A DNA stretch of 64,000 nt from Candidatus Poribacteria bacterium (GTDB taxonomy: Bacteria > Poribacteria > WGA-4E > WGA-3G), in contig OY762722.1 in the NCBI GenBank assembly GCA_963666305.1, positions 5,378,903-5,442,902 of the forward strand. Direction: 5' to 3'. The notes under the pieces were generated by a model. The model saw only the letters and a program-made list of their open reading frames with translations. It was not told the origin of the DNA and did no database searches. A program made the position numbers and the translations under genes. Each line of letters starts with the position of its first letter. Within the stretch, counting starts at the first letter, position 1. Positions 50,749 to 61,063 of the stretch are shown here, in pieces.

Positions 50749-51132
50749 TTACGGTGCGAAACTCGATCGTAGTTTGATACCCCAGCGTCCCAATTCGTAG
50801 GTTAAGACATAGAGCGATTCGTAGGAGGCAATGACCGTGCCATCGGCGCGATAGCGTGTGAATTGTGTGTCAACATGGACCTTGGATTCTGAGGAATGGA
50901 CAATATTCCGTCTGTCCCAACCGCTATGGTGCCAGCCGCGTGCGGTCAGATTTTTTCTGATTCTCTCCACATCCTGCTCACCCGGTTTGTTGAGGATTCG
51001 CATGTTGCCAGAAGCGAGACGGTAGTGCGGAAAGTGAAACGTTTTCTCCCATGCAACTATATCGAGACGATTAAATGCATCCATCCACGTGTCAAGAACT
51101 TCTATGATTTCGGCTTCAATTGTTTCCTTCAT
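50749..51132 (-). CDS. NTF2/SnoaL-like fold protein
   Basis: 127 aa; N-terminal EIIEVLDTWMDAFNRLD pattern typical of SnoaL/DUF4440-like proteins. Confidence 0.55.
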   Translation of the reverse strand: MKETIEAEIIEVLDTWMDAFNRLDIVAWEKTFHFPHYRLASGNMRILNKPGEQDVERIRKNLTARGWHHSGWDRRNIVHSSESKVHVDTQFTRYRADGTVIASYESLYVLTYELGRWGIKLRSSFAP

Positions 51133-51346
51133 CGCTGACCCCTCAAATAGATATTGCTATTGGATACACTTTATTAGGACAGAGATGTCCTTCCTAATGC
51201 CCGCTATTCTATCACACATCTCCTATGCACGCAAGCGGACAATTCTTGACGAAAGTTAAGGTTGTTAAGCTTTTCGCTATCCGTTGTAAAAGGAGTGAAG
51301 ATTAGCAGTCGAGATTCAGGGATATCTCCTACGGACGGCGATTAAT

Positions 51347-52489
51347 TCATCGTTGACTCTCTTTGGCTGCGCGTTCAAAGGTGTAGAATAGATCTTGAGT
51401 ATCCTGACGTAATATGGTTGGGTTCACAGTAAGCATGATGCGTCCGACGTGATCGCTATCTGGTGGGGATACAGATACTGAATGCACCTCAAGCGTCTTA
51501 ACGAAACGCGTACTATCAACATCCGATTCTAACTTCAATGGAAATATATTAGAACCGTGCTCAAAAGGTTCAACAGTGATGCTCTTCAGCGCGTTGATTT
51601 TATCAAAAAGTGCTCCTGCTTGTGTCATAGCGCGATTGAAACGCTCTTCAAACCCATCTATGCCCTGAAGTGCCAACGCCGCTGCAAAGTTTACTGATGC
51701 CAATCCGCCCCCAAACATACGACGGTCATGATATAACCCGTCCGTGAACTCAACTGTGCCTGCCAATATTGCCCCGAACGGTGCTCCAAAATACTTATAT
51801 AACGACACATACACCGTATCAAACAACTCTGCATAATCAGCGGGCGAAATGCCGGTCGCGCCTGACATCATGTAGAGCCGTGCACCATCAAGATGACTCC
51901 CAATCTGTTTCTCTCGGCAGTAGTCCGTTACCGCCTTCATTTCATCAAACGGCACAATTTTGCCCGATTGGCGGCGCACAGGGCTTTCGACCATTACTGC
52001 CCCAACCGGATTGATGACTCTTCCGCCCTCTGCCTGCTCTACTGCAGCTTTCAATGTTTCAAGCGTAAAATAGGGACGTTCCTTTGCCAAGGGTATGAGA
52101 TTTATGTTACTCAGCCGCGTTACACAATCGCCACTGTCATTGTAGAGATGACTTTGCTCCTGGACTATCGCACGCGGTTTGATGCCGCAGAGTCTCCGGA
52201 TGGCAAGATGATTGGCGAGTGTACCCGTCGGCATAAAGACCGCCGCCTCCTTACCCAACATTTCAGCGCATTTTTTCTCAAGCTGCTCGACAGTGCCACC
52301 GAGGGAATAGGCATCCTCTTTCAGCGTAAATTTTTGGTCGAACTCAGCAAGTCGCTGTAGCATCATTGATGGTGTTTTCGGCTCTCCATCCCCTCGAAAG
52401 ATAACGGTGTGGCTCGGAGAAGCATCACGGATAGGCATCGTATCTGATCCGAGCAATTGGGTAACATGGCGGTTCGTTGTTTCCATCAA
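51347..52489 (-). CDS. PLP-dependent threonine-aldolase/beta-eliminating-lyase-family enzyme
   Basis: DAYSLGGTVEQLEKKCAEMLGKEAAVFMPTGTLANHLAIR and the SLYKYFG (Lys) region. Confidence 0.7.
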   Translation of the reverse strand: MMETTNRHVTQLLGSDTMPIRDASPSHTVIFRGDGEPKTPSMMLQRLAEFDQKFTLKEDAYSLGGTVEQLEKKCAEMLGKEAAVFMPTGTLANHLAIRRLCGIKPRAIVQEQSHLYNDSGDCVTRLSNINLIPLAKERPYFTLETLKAAVEQAEGGRVINPVGAVMVESPVRRQSGKIVPFDEMKAVTDYCREKQIGSHLDGARLYMMSGATGISPADYAELFDTVYVSLYKYFGAPFGAILAGTVEFTDGLYHDRRMFGGGLASVNFAAALALQGIDGFEERFNRAMTQAGALFDKINALKSITVEPFEHGSNIFPLKLESDVDSTRFVKTLEVHSVSVSPPDSDHVGRIMLTVNPTILRQDTQDLFYTFERAAKESQR

Positions 52490-52650
52490 AGCTGACCTCC
52501 TTCGTGTAGATGCTGTTCTCTATGTCGAACTTACATTAAAGGGCAAAAAGTTGTCGCCTTCTTTGTCGGAATCGGATATACTATCATAAGATACTATTGG
52601 AGAATTGTCCATTGTGAAGTTTTGTAGCGAAGAGAGAATTGTAGGGACTC

Positions 52651-54048
52651 ATGAACATCGTTTTTCTATTTTCAGATGAACACGCGGGAGCTGTGATGGG
52701 GAATAGCGGGCATCCGGTTGTCCGAACCCCCCACCTTGATCGTCTCGCCGAACAGAGTTACACCTTCGATAACGCTTATTGCAATTATCCGATCTGTACG
52801 CCTTCACGCTTATCAATGCTCACAGGTCGTTATCCGCATCAGATTGGCGCGTGGGATTTGGGCGTAATTGCAGATCGACAATACAAAACATGGGGGGATT
52901 ACTTGACGGAGGCAGGTTATGAGACTGTTCTGTGCGGACGGACGCATTTCAACGGAACCGATCGGTTGCTCGGTTTCTCCCATCGCTTGCTGGATGATTT
53001 GCCTCGATGGTGTAGCAGAAATGGAAGACCTCCACGACGCACGCCAGACGCACGTCGAGGTTCCAACTCACACGTCGCCGAATGCGGACCCGGAGACCAC
53101 GAACACACGAGGTATGACAGAAACGTCACGGACTTGGCAGTGGATTTTCTTCACGAAAAAGCCACGTCCCCGGACGACAAACCGTTTCTACTCTATTGTG
53201 GCTTCATGCATCCACACTTTCCACTGATCGCACCCTCCGAATTCTTCTCACAGTATGACCCAGACACACTCGAATTACCTGCAACATGGAACGAACCGCT
53301 TGAATCTCAACATCCTATAATCCAATATCATCGTTGGGCGTGGCGGAACGACATTCCTCCACCTGAAGCCGTTGTCCGTTGTGCGTTAGCCTGCTATTAC
53401 GCCCTTGTTTCGTCTCTCGATGCGCAAGTTGGAAGGATACTACAAGCGATTGATACGTCGCCGTTACGCGAAAATACGCTCGTCATCTATACCAGTGATC
53501 ACGGCGAGATGGCAGGACACCACGGTATATGGCAGAAGCAATGTTTCTACGAACCAGCGGTAAAAGTGCCGTTGATGCTGCGTCTACCTTCCGGCGCAAC
53601 CCGTCGAGTGGCAGAAAACGTCTCTTTAGTGGATGTTTTGCCGACTTTGTTGGAAGTGGCTGGTTTGGAAAGACCGTCTGACTTACCAGGCGATAGTTTG
53701 CTACGGATAGCGCGACACCAAGAGAGCGAGACGACAGCAGAGGCACGCCATCACGATGACCGTCATCGCGTGTCCCCCGAGCGTGCTGTCTTTTCGGAAT
53801 ACCATCACATGGGTATGCTTAACGCAGGTTTTATGCTCAAACGTGGGGATTACAAATTGTGTCATTACGTCGGAAGCGAACCACAATTATTCAATGTGGA
53901 CATTGATCCGTTGGAAAACAATGACTTGGCATTGAAGCCTGAATATGCAGCGAAACGCAGTGAAATGGAAACTGCCTTGCGTACGGTTGTCAATCCAGAG
54001 CAGGAAGATGCCCGGGCAAAAAAGAATCAGCGGGCGCGTAGAGTGTAA
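52651..54048 (+). CDS. sulfatase (formylglycine-dependent, type I), no signal peptide
   Basis: MNIVFLFSDEH, CTPSRLSMLTGRYPH signature, YTSDHGEM. Confidence 0.9.
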   Translation: MNIVFLFSDEHAGAVMGNSGHPVVRTPHLDRLAEQSYTFDNAYCNYPICTPSRLSMLTGRYPHQIGAWDLGVIADRQYKTWGDYLTEAGYETVLCGRTHFNGTDRLLGFSHRLLDDLPRWCSRNGRPPRRTPDARRGSNSHVAECGPGDHEHTRYDRNVTDLAVDFLHEKATSPDDKPFLLYCGFMHPHFPLIAPSEFFSQYDPDTLELPATWNEPLESQHPIIQYHRWAWRNDIPPPEAVVRCALACYYALVSSLDAQVGRILQAIDTSPLRENTLVIYTSDHGEMAGHHGIWQKQCFYEPAVKVPLMLRLPSGATRRVAENVSLVDVLPTLLEVAGLERPSDLPGDSLLRIARHQESETTAEARHHDDRHRVSPERAVFSEYHHMGMLNAGFMLKRGDYKLCHYVGSEPQLFNVDIDPLENNDLALKPEYAAKRSEMETALRTVVNPEQEDARAKKNQRARRV

Positions 54049-54053
54049 GTGTG

Positions 54054-55115
54054 TTAAACTTCGCCATCCCAATAACTCAGGCTCGGATCTTTACGGTAGA
54101 TTTTCCCAACAACATAGGGGAGTACCTTGTTAGAATCCGGGTATTCACTCACGTCGTGCGGTATGGTTGTACCGAGAATGAATAACGTGACCGGAGCATC
54201 GCTGCTATTTACGAACTTATGTGCCCCAATTGTACCCGGCGGAAACGCAAGGAAATCGCCTGCATTTACTTCTACATCGCCTCGAGGGGTTTTGAGCGTA
54301 CAGGCACCTTCCATGACATAGCACATCTCCTCTCCAAAATTGTGAAAATGCATCGGGAAACTCATCTTCCCTGGTTGGAGCCGAATCACGCGATACCCTA
54401 AATTTTTGCCGCCGATGAGCGGATCAATGTCTTTGTCCTCAAAGTCATAAGGATGTGGGGCATTTTTATGTTGCCACGCGATTTCATCAACATGAATGCG
54501 ATTGATGTAGATGTCGCGCCGCGCTTGCAGGCAATCAATGAGGTATTGGCGTGCATCTTTAAAAATAGAATGACCGTCACCGACGAGGATTGCATTGAAT
54601 CGAAGTGCCAAGACCTTACGCAATTCGAGTGCCGCTTTCGGTGGATCGCTCAGTTTGCTATCGGCGAGCAGTGTCAGCGCGCCCATAGGTTCACCTACCA
54701 CGAGATCCCCGAACAAGACGGCTTGTTTCTCTGGGAAATAGAGCGCGATTTCGCCAGGACTTTTACCGTGACTAAGATGAATGGCGTGTAAACCGGGAAC
54801 AATCGCCTCGCCGTCCTGAACCGTTCGAGTCGGTGCGATGTTCAGCGCGTCTGCATCGGCTTCATGCACAATCACGTCGGCACCTGTCCATTTCTGAAAG
54901 ACAGCGACTTCGCGTTCATGATCGGCATTGGTCAGAACAATAGACTTTGCACCGCCGAGTGCTGTCAGATGTTCTCGGTCATCGTCAGACATTGCGACCG
55001 GATCTATCAGAATATTTCCATCAGGACGCACCCACAAATGTCCATTAAAATCTATCTGTCGGTCCTGACTAAAGACCCCCCAACTGTATATATCTTCAAA
55101 AATCAAGCGTTTCAT
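54054..55115 (-). CDS. fusion of MBL-like fold domain (degenerate metal motif) and C-terminal cupin
   Basis: N-terminal VLTNADHEREV sits where HxHxDH would be. The C-terminal cupin motifs are PMHFHNFGEEMCYVMEG and GDFLAFPPGTIGAHKFVN. Confidence 0.55.
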   Translation of the reverse strand: MKRLIFEDIYSWGVFSQDRQIDFNGHLWVRPDGNILIDPVAMSDDDREHLTALGGAKSIVLTNADHEREVAVFQKWTGADVIVHEADADALNIAPTRTVQDGEAIVPGLHAIHLSHGKSPGEIALYFPEKQAVLFGDLVVGEPMGALTLLADSKLSDPPKAALELRKVLALRFNAILVGDGHSIFKDARQYLIDCLQARRDIYINRIHVDEIAWQHKNAPHPYDFEDKDIDPLIGGKNLGYRVIRLQPGKMSFPMHFHNFGEEMCYVMEGACTLKTPRGDVEVNAGDFLAFPPGTIGAHKFVNSSDAPVTLFILGTTIPHDVSEYPDSNKVLPYVVGKIYRKDPSLSYWDGEV

Positions 55116-55139
55116 TGTTGATCCCCCTTATGCGAGTCG

Positions 55140-55682
55140 TTATGGGATGGCTTCAGCTTTCTCCTTTGAGACGAATCCGTAGACTTCAATTTCGTGTACG
55201 AAGGCTCTACCCAACGCTATCTGCGGTACGATTGCACCACGCCTTGGATCGTACCGACTGGCTTTCTTCTCATCATCGGTGGTGGCACTAATGTAAATAC
55301 GGATTGCTTCTGTCACGACACCGCTGAAGCGTGCTTTAATGACAGGACTTTGGTTGTTCTGAACCTGCAGCATTGCCGCCCAACGTCCTTCGCCTTCTAA
55401 CTTCTGATATATCATGGCGTTTATAATATTGGTGCCGCGAATAGTGATTCGGTGAATGGCTTTTCGAGTCGGAAAATTTAGATGAATCCACCGTCCATCG
55501 GCGTATCCCCTTGTCTCCACATCCCCATCTATCATTTCCGATGAAGTGCAGGTGACCCCTTCCGTGACAGCGTAGTTGTAAAGTTCCTGCGGTTCGATCA
55601 GCATCTGCAGTGCTCTGGATTGGCATCCTGAAAAGAGTGTTACAGCACAGAATACCATGAAAATAGAAAGGCAAGGTTTCAT
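55140..55682 (-). CDS. lipoprotein with discoidin (F5/8 type C)-like domain
   Basis: Lipobox LFSGC. MIDGDVETRGYADGRWIHLNFPTRKAIHRITIRG resembles the galactose-binding-domain-like fold. Confidence 0.55.
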   Translation of the reverse strand: MKPCLSIFMVFCAVTLFSGCQSRALQMLIEPQELYNYAVTEGVTCTSSEMIDGDVETRGYADGRWIHLNFPTRKAIHRITIRGTNIINAMIYQKLEGEGRWAAMLQVQNNQSPVIKARFSGVVTEAIRIYISATTDDEKKASRYDPRRGAIVPQIALGRAFVHEIEVYGFVSKEKAEAIP

Positions 55683-55878
55683 CTTTTCCTCCTGTGCGTT
55701 GTTCCATTTTTCGGGATATTATACCGCGTTTCCACTTTTCTTTAAAGTGGAATTTTACGAAAAGTCTTGTCTTAAAATCGAAACCAAGATATAATCGAAA
55801 ACGATTTTTTAAATTTGTTTACGATGGTGTCGGTTTCCCGCCGCACCAACCAAAAAGGACATCACACAGGAGAAAATT

Positions 55879-56916
55879 ATGTACAAAAGCGCGATTTTGG
55901 GATGTCGGGGACGTGCACGTGGGCACGCTCGCGCCTATGAACACGTCAAGGGTGGTAAACTTGCCGCTATCTGCGACATGCAAGAAGATTTGCTCAACGA
56001 TTTCGGCGATGAATTCGGCGTTGATGCTCGTTATACCGATCTCGATGAGATGCTTTCAAAGGAGAAACCGGATCTCCTGCACATTGTTACCGCGCCCGTG
56101 CTGCGTGGCAGTAATAAACGCATCCGCTACCCGCTGATGAACCAAGCCTCTGAACACGGTGTGCCTGCAGCGATCATTGAAAAGCCGATTGCTGTGGAGA
56201 GCGAAGACTGGCGGCAGATTTCCGAACTTGCCCAACGCACCAAAACGAAGTTCGTTGTCAACACCCAACTCAATTTCCATCCCCAGAATCTTACTCTCAA
56301 GCGTGATGTCGCAGAAGGCAAAATCGGTGCGATTAAGTTTATTGAGGCGAGTGCGCGCAACCCACCCGTCGACCAAGCTCCGCACGTCCTACAACTCGTG
56401 TCGTCCTATATCGATAACTCGCGTCCGGTGAAGGTGCAAGGACAAATTTCCGGTGCCGAACAACTCGATTCTGCACAACCCTCGCCTGCTAACGCCACAG
56501 CACTCGTGACCTATGCAAACGGCGTACAAGTCTCCGTCGCATTTGGACCAGAGATGGCACCACGTGTACTGCCCGATACAGGAAATAATCGGCATAAGCG
56601 CGTCTGCGTTTTTGGTGAAAAAGGGTTTGTCCACTGGCGGTTTGAGAGTTGGGAGCGAAATCTACCCGGAAGCGGATATGAAGGCGGCGATCTGAACTAC
56701 GGGGCACAGGATGTCATCGCCCAAGGTGGACTCACAGACGCAGTGTTCAAGTGGCTTGACGATGAAAGCAAAGAGCATCCGACCCACTTGAAGCAATCGC
56801 TTGCTGAATTCAATCTGTTGTTGGGAATTTACTATAGCGGTTTGACGAACACCGTCGTTGAATTGCCATTTGATCCGCCTGATGGTATGATTGACATGTT
56901 CCGCGAACGTCTTTGA
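55879..56916 (+). CDS. Gfo/Idh/MocA-family oxidoreductase
   Basis: MYKSAILGCRGRARGHA Rossmann N-terminus, EKPI motif (IIEKPIAVE), C-terminal alpha/beta domain. Confidence 0.8.
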   Translation: MYKSAILGCRGRARGHARAYEHVKGGKLAAICDMQEDLLNDFGDEFGVDARYTDLDEMLSKEKPDLLHIVTAPVLRGSNKRIRYPLMNQASEHGVPAAIIEKPIAVESEDWRQISELAQRTKTKFVVNTQLNFHPQNLTLKRDVAEGKIGAIKFIEASARNPPVDQAPHVLQLVSSYIDNSRPVKVQGQISGAEQLDSAQPSPANATALVTYANGVQVSVAFGPEMAPRVLPDTGNNRHKRVCVFGEKGFVHWRFESWERNLPGSGYEGGDLNYGAQDVIAQGGLTDAVFKWLDDESKEHPTHLKQSLAEFNLLLGIYYSGLTNTVVELPFDPPDGMIDMFRERL

Positions 56917-56930
56917 TAAGGAACACCCCC

Positions 56931-58082
56931 GTGAACAACATCATCTACATGGACAACCACGCCACAACGCCAATTGCCCCGGAGGTTTTAGAGGCGATGC
57001 TGCCTTACCTCACGACGAACTTCGGCAACGCTTCCAGCACCCATCCGTTCGGTGTTACGGCGATGGACGCTGTGGACAAGGCGCGTCAGCAAGTCGCTGA
57101 ACTAATCGGTTGCTCAGAAGAGGAGATTATCTTTACCAGCGGTGCGACCGAATCGGACAATCTCGCTGTTAGGGGGATCGCTTACGCCTGCAGAGAGCAG
57201 GGGAACCACATTATCACAAGCACCGCGGAGCATCACGCAATCCTCGATACATGCCACGCTTTGGCGACAGAGGGATTTGAAACCACGTACCTTCCAGTAG
57301 ACAAATATGGGAGGGTGAGTCCTGACGATGTGGAAGCCGCGATTACGCCGAGAACTATCCTAATGAGTTTCATGTATGCGAACAACGAGGTAGGCACGAT
57401 CAATCCAATTGCTGATATTGCCGCTGTCGCCGCCAAACACGGTGTCCCCTTCCATTCGGATGCGGTGCAAGGCATCGGACAGTTGCCATCGGATATGGAG
57501 AGGCTCGGTGTCGATCTTGCATCCCTAACGGCACACAAGATTTACGGACCGAAGGGGATCGGAGCACTTTACATTCGTCGAAACAGTTCTCGACCGCATT
57601 CGCTTTTCCACGGTGGTGGACAGGAAGATGGGATTCGACCCGGCACTTTAAACGTCGCGGGTATTGTCGGCTTAGGAGCGGCGTGCGCGCTTGCTAAAAA
57701 CTACATGGACACGGGAAAAAGTTGCGTGGCGACCTTGCGGGACTCGCTCCACCAGAAGTTAAACGCGCGTTTGGAGGATATTCATCTCAATGGACACCCT
57801 GAACAGCGGCTACCGGGCAATCTGAATCTCTGTTTCGCAGGTGTGCAGAGCCATGCCTTACTGATGGGACTTAAGAGCGTTGCGGTTTCCACCGGGTCGG
57901 CGTGTGATTCTGAATCGGTGAAGGCATCACACGTCTTGGTTGCGATGGGGGTTCCGAATGAACTGGCGTTGACTACCGTCCGTTTCGGTTTGGGACGCTA
58001 TAACACAGCGGAAGAGATTGACGTTGTCGCCGATGAGGTCGTAAAGGTTGTTAACCGGTTACGTATCTTAGCACCGGAATAG
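56931..58082 (+). CDS. cysteine desulfurase (NifS/IscS-type, aminotransferase class V)
   Basis: IYMDNHATTP, SGATESDN, SLTAHKIYGPKG (PLP Lys), GSACDS (active-site Cys). GTG 56931 with an AAGGA RBS is preferred over TTG 56913. Confidence 0.85.
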   Translation: MNNIIYMDNHATTPIAPEVLEAMLPYLTTNFGNASSTHPFGVTAMDAVDKARQQVAELIGCSEEEIIFTSGATESDNLAVRGIAYACREQGNHIITSTAEHHAILDTCHALATEGFETTYLPVDKYGRVSPDDVEAAITPRTILMSFMYANNEVGTINPIADIAAVAAKHGVPFHSDAVQGIGQLPSDMERLGVDLASLTAHKIYGPKGIGALYIRRNSSRPHSLFHGGGQEDGIRPGTLNVAGIVGLGAACALAKNYMDTGKSCVATLRDSLHQKLNARLEDIHLNGHPEQRLPGNLNLCFAGVQSHALLMGLKSVAVSTGSACDSESVKASHVLVAMGVPNELALTTVRFGLGRYNTAEEIDVVADEVVKVVNRLRILAPE

Positions 58083-58144
58083 CACAGACACGCCATTCCT
58101 TCAATAGGAACTATTTCCCAGTTGCGACTCTCTCACTTTTCGCC

Positions 58145-58171
58145 GGCGAGGTTAAGAACCTCGCCTTTTTT
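58145..58171 (+). terminator. rho-independent terminator
   Basis: GGCGAGGTT-AAG-AACCTCGCC followed by T6. Same stem as at 22790-22811 and 63938-63959. Confidence 0.8.
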
Positions 58172-58187
58172 CATGTTTGCAGAACGG

Positions 58188-58216
58188 TTGCAATTTCCCT
58201 GATAATATGCTATACT
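58188..58216 (+). promoter_or_regulatory. sigma-70-type promoter
   Basis: TTGCAA (58188-58193), 17-nt spacer, TATACT (58211-58216), about 50 nt upstream of ATG 58265. Confidence 0.6.
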
Positions 58217-58264
58217 CTAAATTTTTCAACCCTATCCTAAGCACACATGGTATAGGAGGCTTGT

Positions 58265-58870
58265 ATGTCATCTGTTGCAGCCCAAACCTACTTAACCCCT
58301 GAGGAATACATCACTACCGAACGGAAGGCGACACTCAAAAGCGAATACTTGAGTGGTGAGATAGTTGCGATGTCAGGGGCAAGTAACGCGCATAACCTTA
58401 TCACAATGAATACGGCAAATGGACTTTATAATCAATTAGCGGAACAAGGATGCAGAGTTTACGCCAGTGACATGCGCGTCGGAATTAGCGAAGGTGTCTC
58501 CTATTTCTATCCAGATGTCGCAGTCGTCTGTGATGCCCCCCGTTTTGAGGATGATGCTTTCGATACACTCATCAATCCGCAGGTTATTATTGAAGTGCTT
58601 TTTGCTTCAACAGCAGGCTATGATCGAGGTGAGAAATTCATACGCTACCGGCAATTAGAATCACTCCAAGAATACATCCTTATTGCACAGGATCAAGTTC
58701 ATGTCGAACACTATTTCCGTCAGGGTAAACAATGGATACTCAGCGAATTTAGCGCGCTTGAAAATGTGTTGCCACTCGTTTCCATTGGGGCAGAGCTCTC
58801 CTTACGTCAGATTTACAGGTTCGTTGAACTTGAAACCGATGTCGCTGTTCAAACCACTCGTAGCGTCTAA
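58265..58870 (+). CDS. Uma2-family (DUF820) putative endonuclease
   Basis: TPEEYITTERKATLKSEYLSGEIVAMSGAS, YFYPDVAVVCD and IIEVLFAST match the PD-(D/E)xK-like Uma2 pattern. Confidence 0.75.
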   Translation: MSSVAAQTYLTPEEYITTERKATLKSEYLSGEIVAMSGASNAHNLITMNTANGLYNQLAEQGCRVYASDMRVGISEGVSYFYPDVAVVCDAPRFEDDAFDTLINPQVIIEVLFASTAGYDRGEKFIRYRQLESLQEYILIAQDQVHVEHYFRQGKQWILSEFSALENVLPLVSIGAELSLRQIYRFVELETDVAVQTTRSV

Positions 58871-58887
58871 AAGAGGAATACCGTCTC

Positions 58888-60939
58888 ATGCTGACCGTTG
58901 AACAACTCATTGCTTGCAGATTGGACAAAGCAGAAGCAGCAGAAATCACAGAAACCGTCAATCGGATATTGGAGACGCAATGTCCGACTGCCTGTTGGCA
59001 CGAAATTTCACGCTACATTCTCACGCCACACCACCCTTACGCACTCCACCAACTGCTTTATGAGACGGTCTATGCCGACTTTGATCGCGCAACCTATGGA
59101 CCGCCGCCTGCTTGGTTTCCTACCGACGAAGACATCACCGAAGCAAATATCACCCGTCTAATGATGGAATTGAATATCAAAACCTATCCTGAGTTTCACG
59201 CGTGGTCGGTTTCTAATCGCGATATGTTCTGGCAAATGATGATTGGGGCATTGGACATTAAGACGATATCCACGAACGCCGAGCCACAACAAAACGCAAC
59301 AAGCATCGCAACAAATCTACGTGAACTCAACATCGTCGAGAGCTGCTTCAACGCGCCTCCGGATGCCGTCGCTATTGTTACGCAACGCGAAAACGATGGA
59401 AATCTGGTAATGCTTACCTATCGCGAGTTGGAATCCCTCACGAATCGCGTCGCGAACGGAGTTGTCGAAATCGGCATGATGCCAGGCGACGCGGTAGCAG
59501 TTGACATGCCGATGAACGCTGAATCTGTCGCTATCTATCTGGGGATCGTCAAAGCGGGCTGTGTTGTCATTGGTATAGCCGATAGTTTTGCACCGGACGA
59601 GATCGCCACCCGGCTCCGCATCGGTAATGCAAAAGCGATCTTCACACAAGACTATATCAACAGAGCAGGTAAACGCCTCCCGCTGTATGAGAAAGTGATC
59701 GCCGCAAATGGACCAAAAGCGATTATTTTCTCATGTGAGGGCGGTGACGGAGTCGCACGGATCCAACGCGAAGGCGATATGACATGGAGCGATTTTCTGA
59801 GTGACACGGAAACCTTTACCGCTGTTCCCTGCCACCCTGACGCACATACCAATATCCTCTTCTCCTCCGGGACTACTGGCGAACCGAAGGCGATTCCATG
59901 GACGCACACCACACCGATCAAATGTGCTGCGGATGCCTATCTACACCACGACATTCACGCCAACGATGTGTTGGCATGGCACACAAACCTCGGTTGGATG
60001 ATGGGACCGTGGCTCATCTACGCCAGCCTTATCAACAAAGCCACTATCGCTCTATATGATGGCGGGTCTCCGACGAGTCGTGACTTCGGAGTTTTTGTGC
60101 AGAACGCGAAAGTCAGCATGCTCGGTGTCGTGCCGACCCTCGTTCGCGCGTGGAAAAATACCGGATGTATGCACGGGCTGGACTGGTGCGCGATCCGAGC
60201 CTTCAGTTCAACAGGTGAATGCTCTAATCCAGAGGAAATGCTTCACCTCATGTCCTTGGCGGGTTATAAACCGGTGATAGAGTATTGCGGTGGCACAGAG
60301 ATCGGAGGAGGGTATGTCACCGGCACGCGGGTTCAACCTGCTGCACCTTCGACCTTCACAACGCCAGCACTCGGTTTGGATTTCCTGCTTTATGATGATC
60401 ATGGAAACCCCTCTGACAACGGCGAAGTTTTCATCGTCCCACCCTCCCTTGGTCTCTCCACAAGCCTACTTAACGCCGACCATAATGCAGTGTACTTTGC
60501 GGGAACACCGAGTCGCAATCTGCGCCGCCACGGCGACGCGATTGAAAGATTAGGCAGCAAATTTGAAGACGATCCTTGGCTTACGGGGATGAAATATCGG
60601 GTTCACGGACGCATCGACGATACGATGAACTTAAGCGGTATCAAGGTGAGTTCCGCTGCGATTGAAGAGGTCCTTAACGTCGTTGATCGGGTTCAGGAGA
60701 CAGCCGCGGTTGCTGTTTCACCAGAAGACGGCGGTCCGAGCCAACTGGTCATCTATACTGTGCTGGTAGCATCGGAATCCGTGCTAACAAAACAGGAGAT
60801 TCGTGATGCGTTGCAAGTCGAACTCTCCCAACATCTCAACCCGTTGTTCAGAATCCACGATGTTGTCATCGTGGATGCATTGCCACGAACCGCTTCTAAT
60901 AAGGTGATGCGCCGCCTTTTGCGCGACCCATCGGAGTGA
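58888..60939 (+). CDS. AMP-dependent synthetase/ligase (acetyl/acyl-CoA synthetase-like)
   Basis: 683 aa; AMP-binding motif ILFSSGTTGEPKAIPWTH; ACS-type N-terminal domain; C-terminal PRTASNKVMRR. Confidence 0.85.
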   Translation: MLTVEQLIACRLDKAEAAEITETVNRILETQCPTACWHEISRYILTPHHPYALHQLLYETVYADFDRATYGPPPAWFPTDEDITEANITRLMMELNIKTYPEFHAWSVSNRDMFWQMMIGALDIKTISTNAEPQQNATSIATNLRELNIVESCFNAPPDAVAIVTQRENDGNLVMLTYRELESLTNRVANGVVEIGMMPGDAVAVDMPMNAESVAIYLGIVKAGCVVIGIADSFAPDEIATRLRIGNAKAIFTQDYINRAGKRLPLYEKVIAANGPKAIIFSCEGGDGVARIQREGDMTWSDFLSDTETFTAVPCHPDAHTNILFSSGTTGEPKAIPWTHTTPIKCAADAYLHHDIHANDVLAWHTNLGWMMGPWLIYASLINKATIALYDGGSPTSRDFGVFVQNAKVSMLGVVPTLVRAWKNTGCMHGLDWCAIRAFSSTGECSNPEEMLHLMSLAGYKPVIEYCGGTEIGGGYVTGTRVQPAAPSTFTTPALGLDFLLYDDHGNPSDNGEVFIVPPSLGLSTSLLNADHNAVYFAGTPSRNLRRHGDAIERLGSKFEDDPWLTGMKYRVHGRIDDTMNLSGIKVSSAAIEEVLNVVDRVQETAAVAVSPEDGGPSQLVIYTVLVASESVLTKQEIRDALQVELSQHLNPLFRIHDVVIVDALPRTASNKVMRRLLRDPSE

Positions 60940-61063
60940 AAAGTTGAGTTTCACGTCCATTCGGCTTCAACCCACGATCGCATCCTAAATCTTCTCGGAC
61001 TTGACAATTTTTCAATAGCGTGCTACTATTTTGAAAATTCACACCAACAAATGGAGTCACGTC

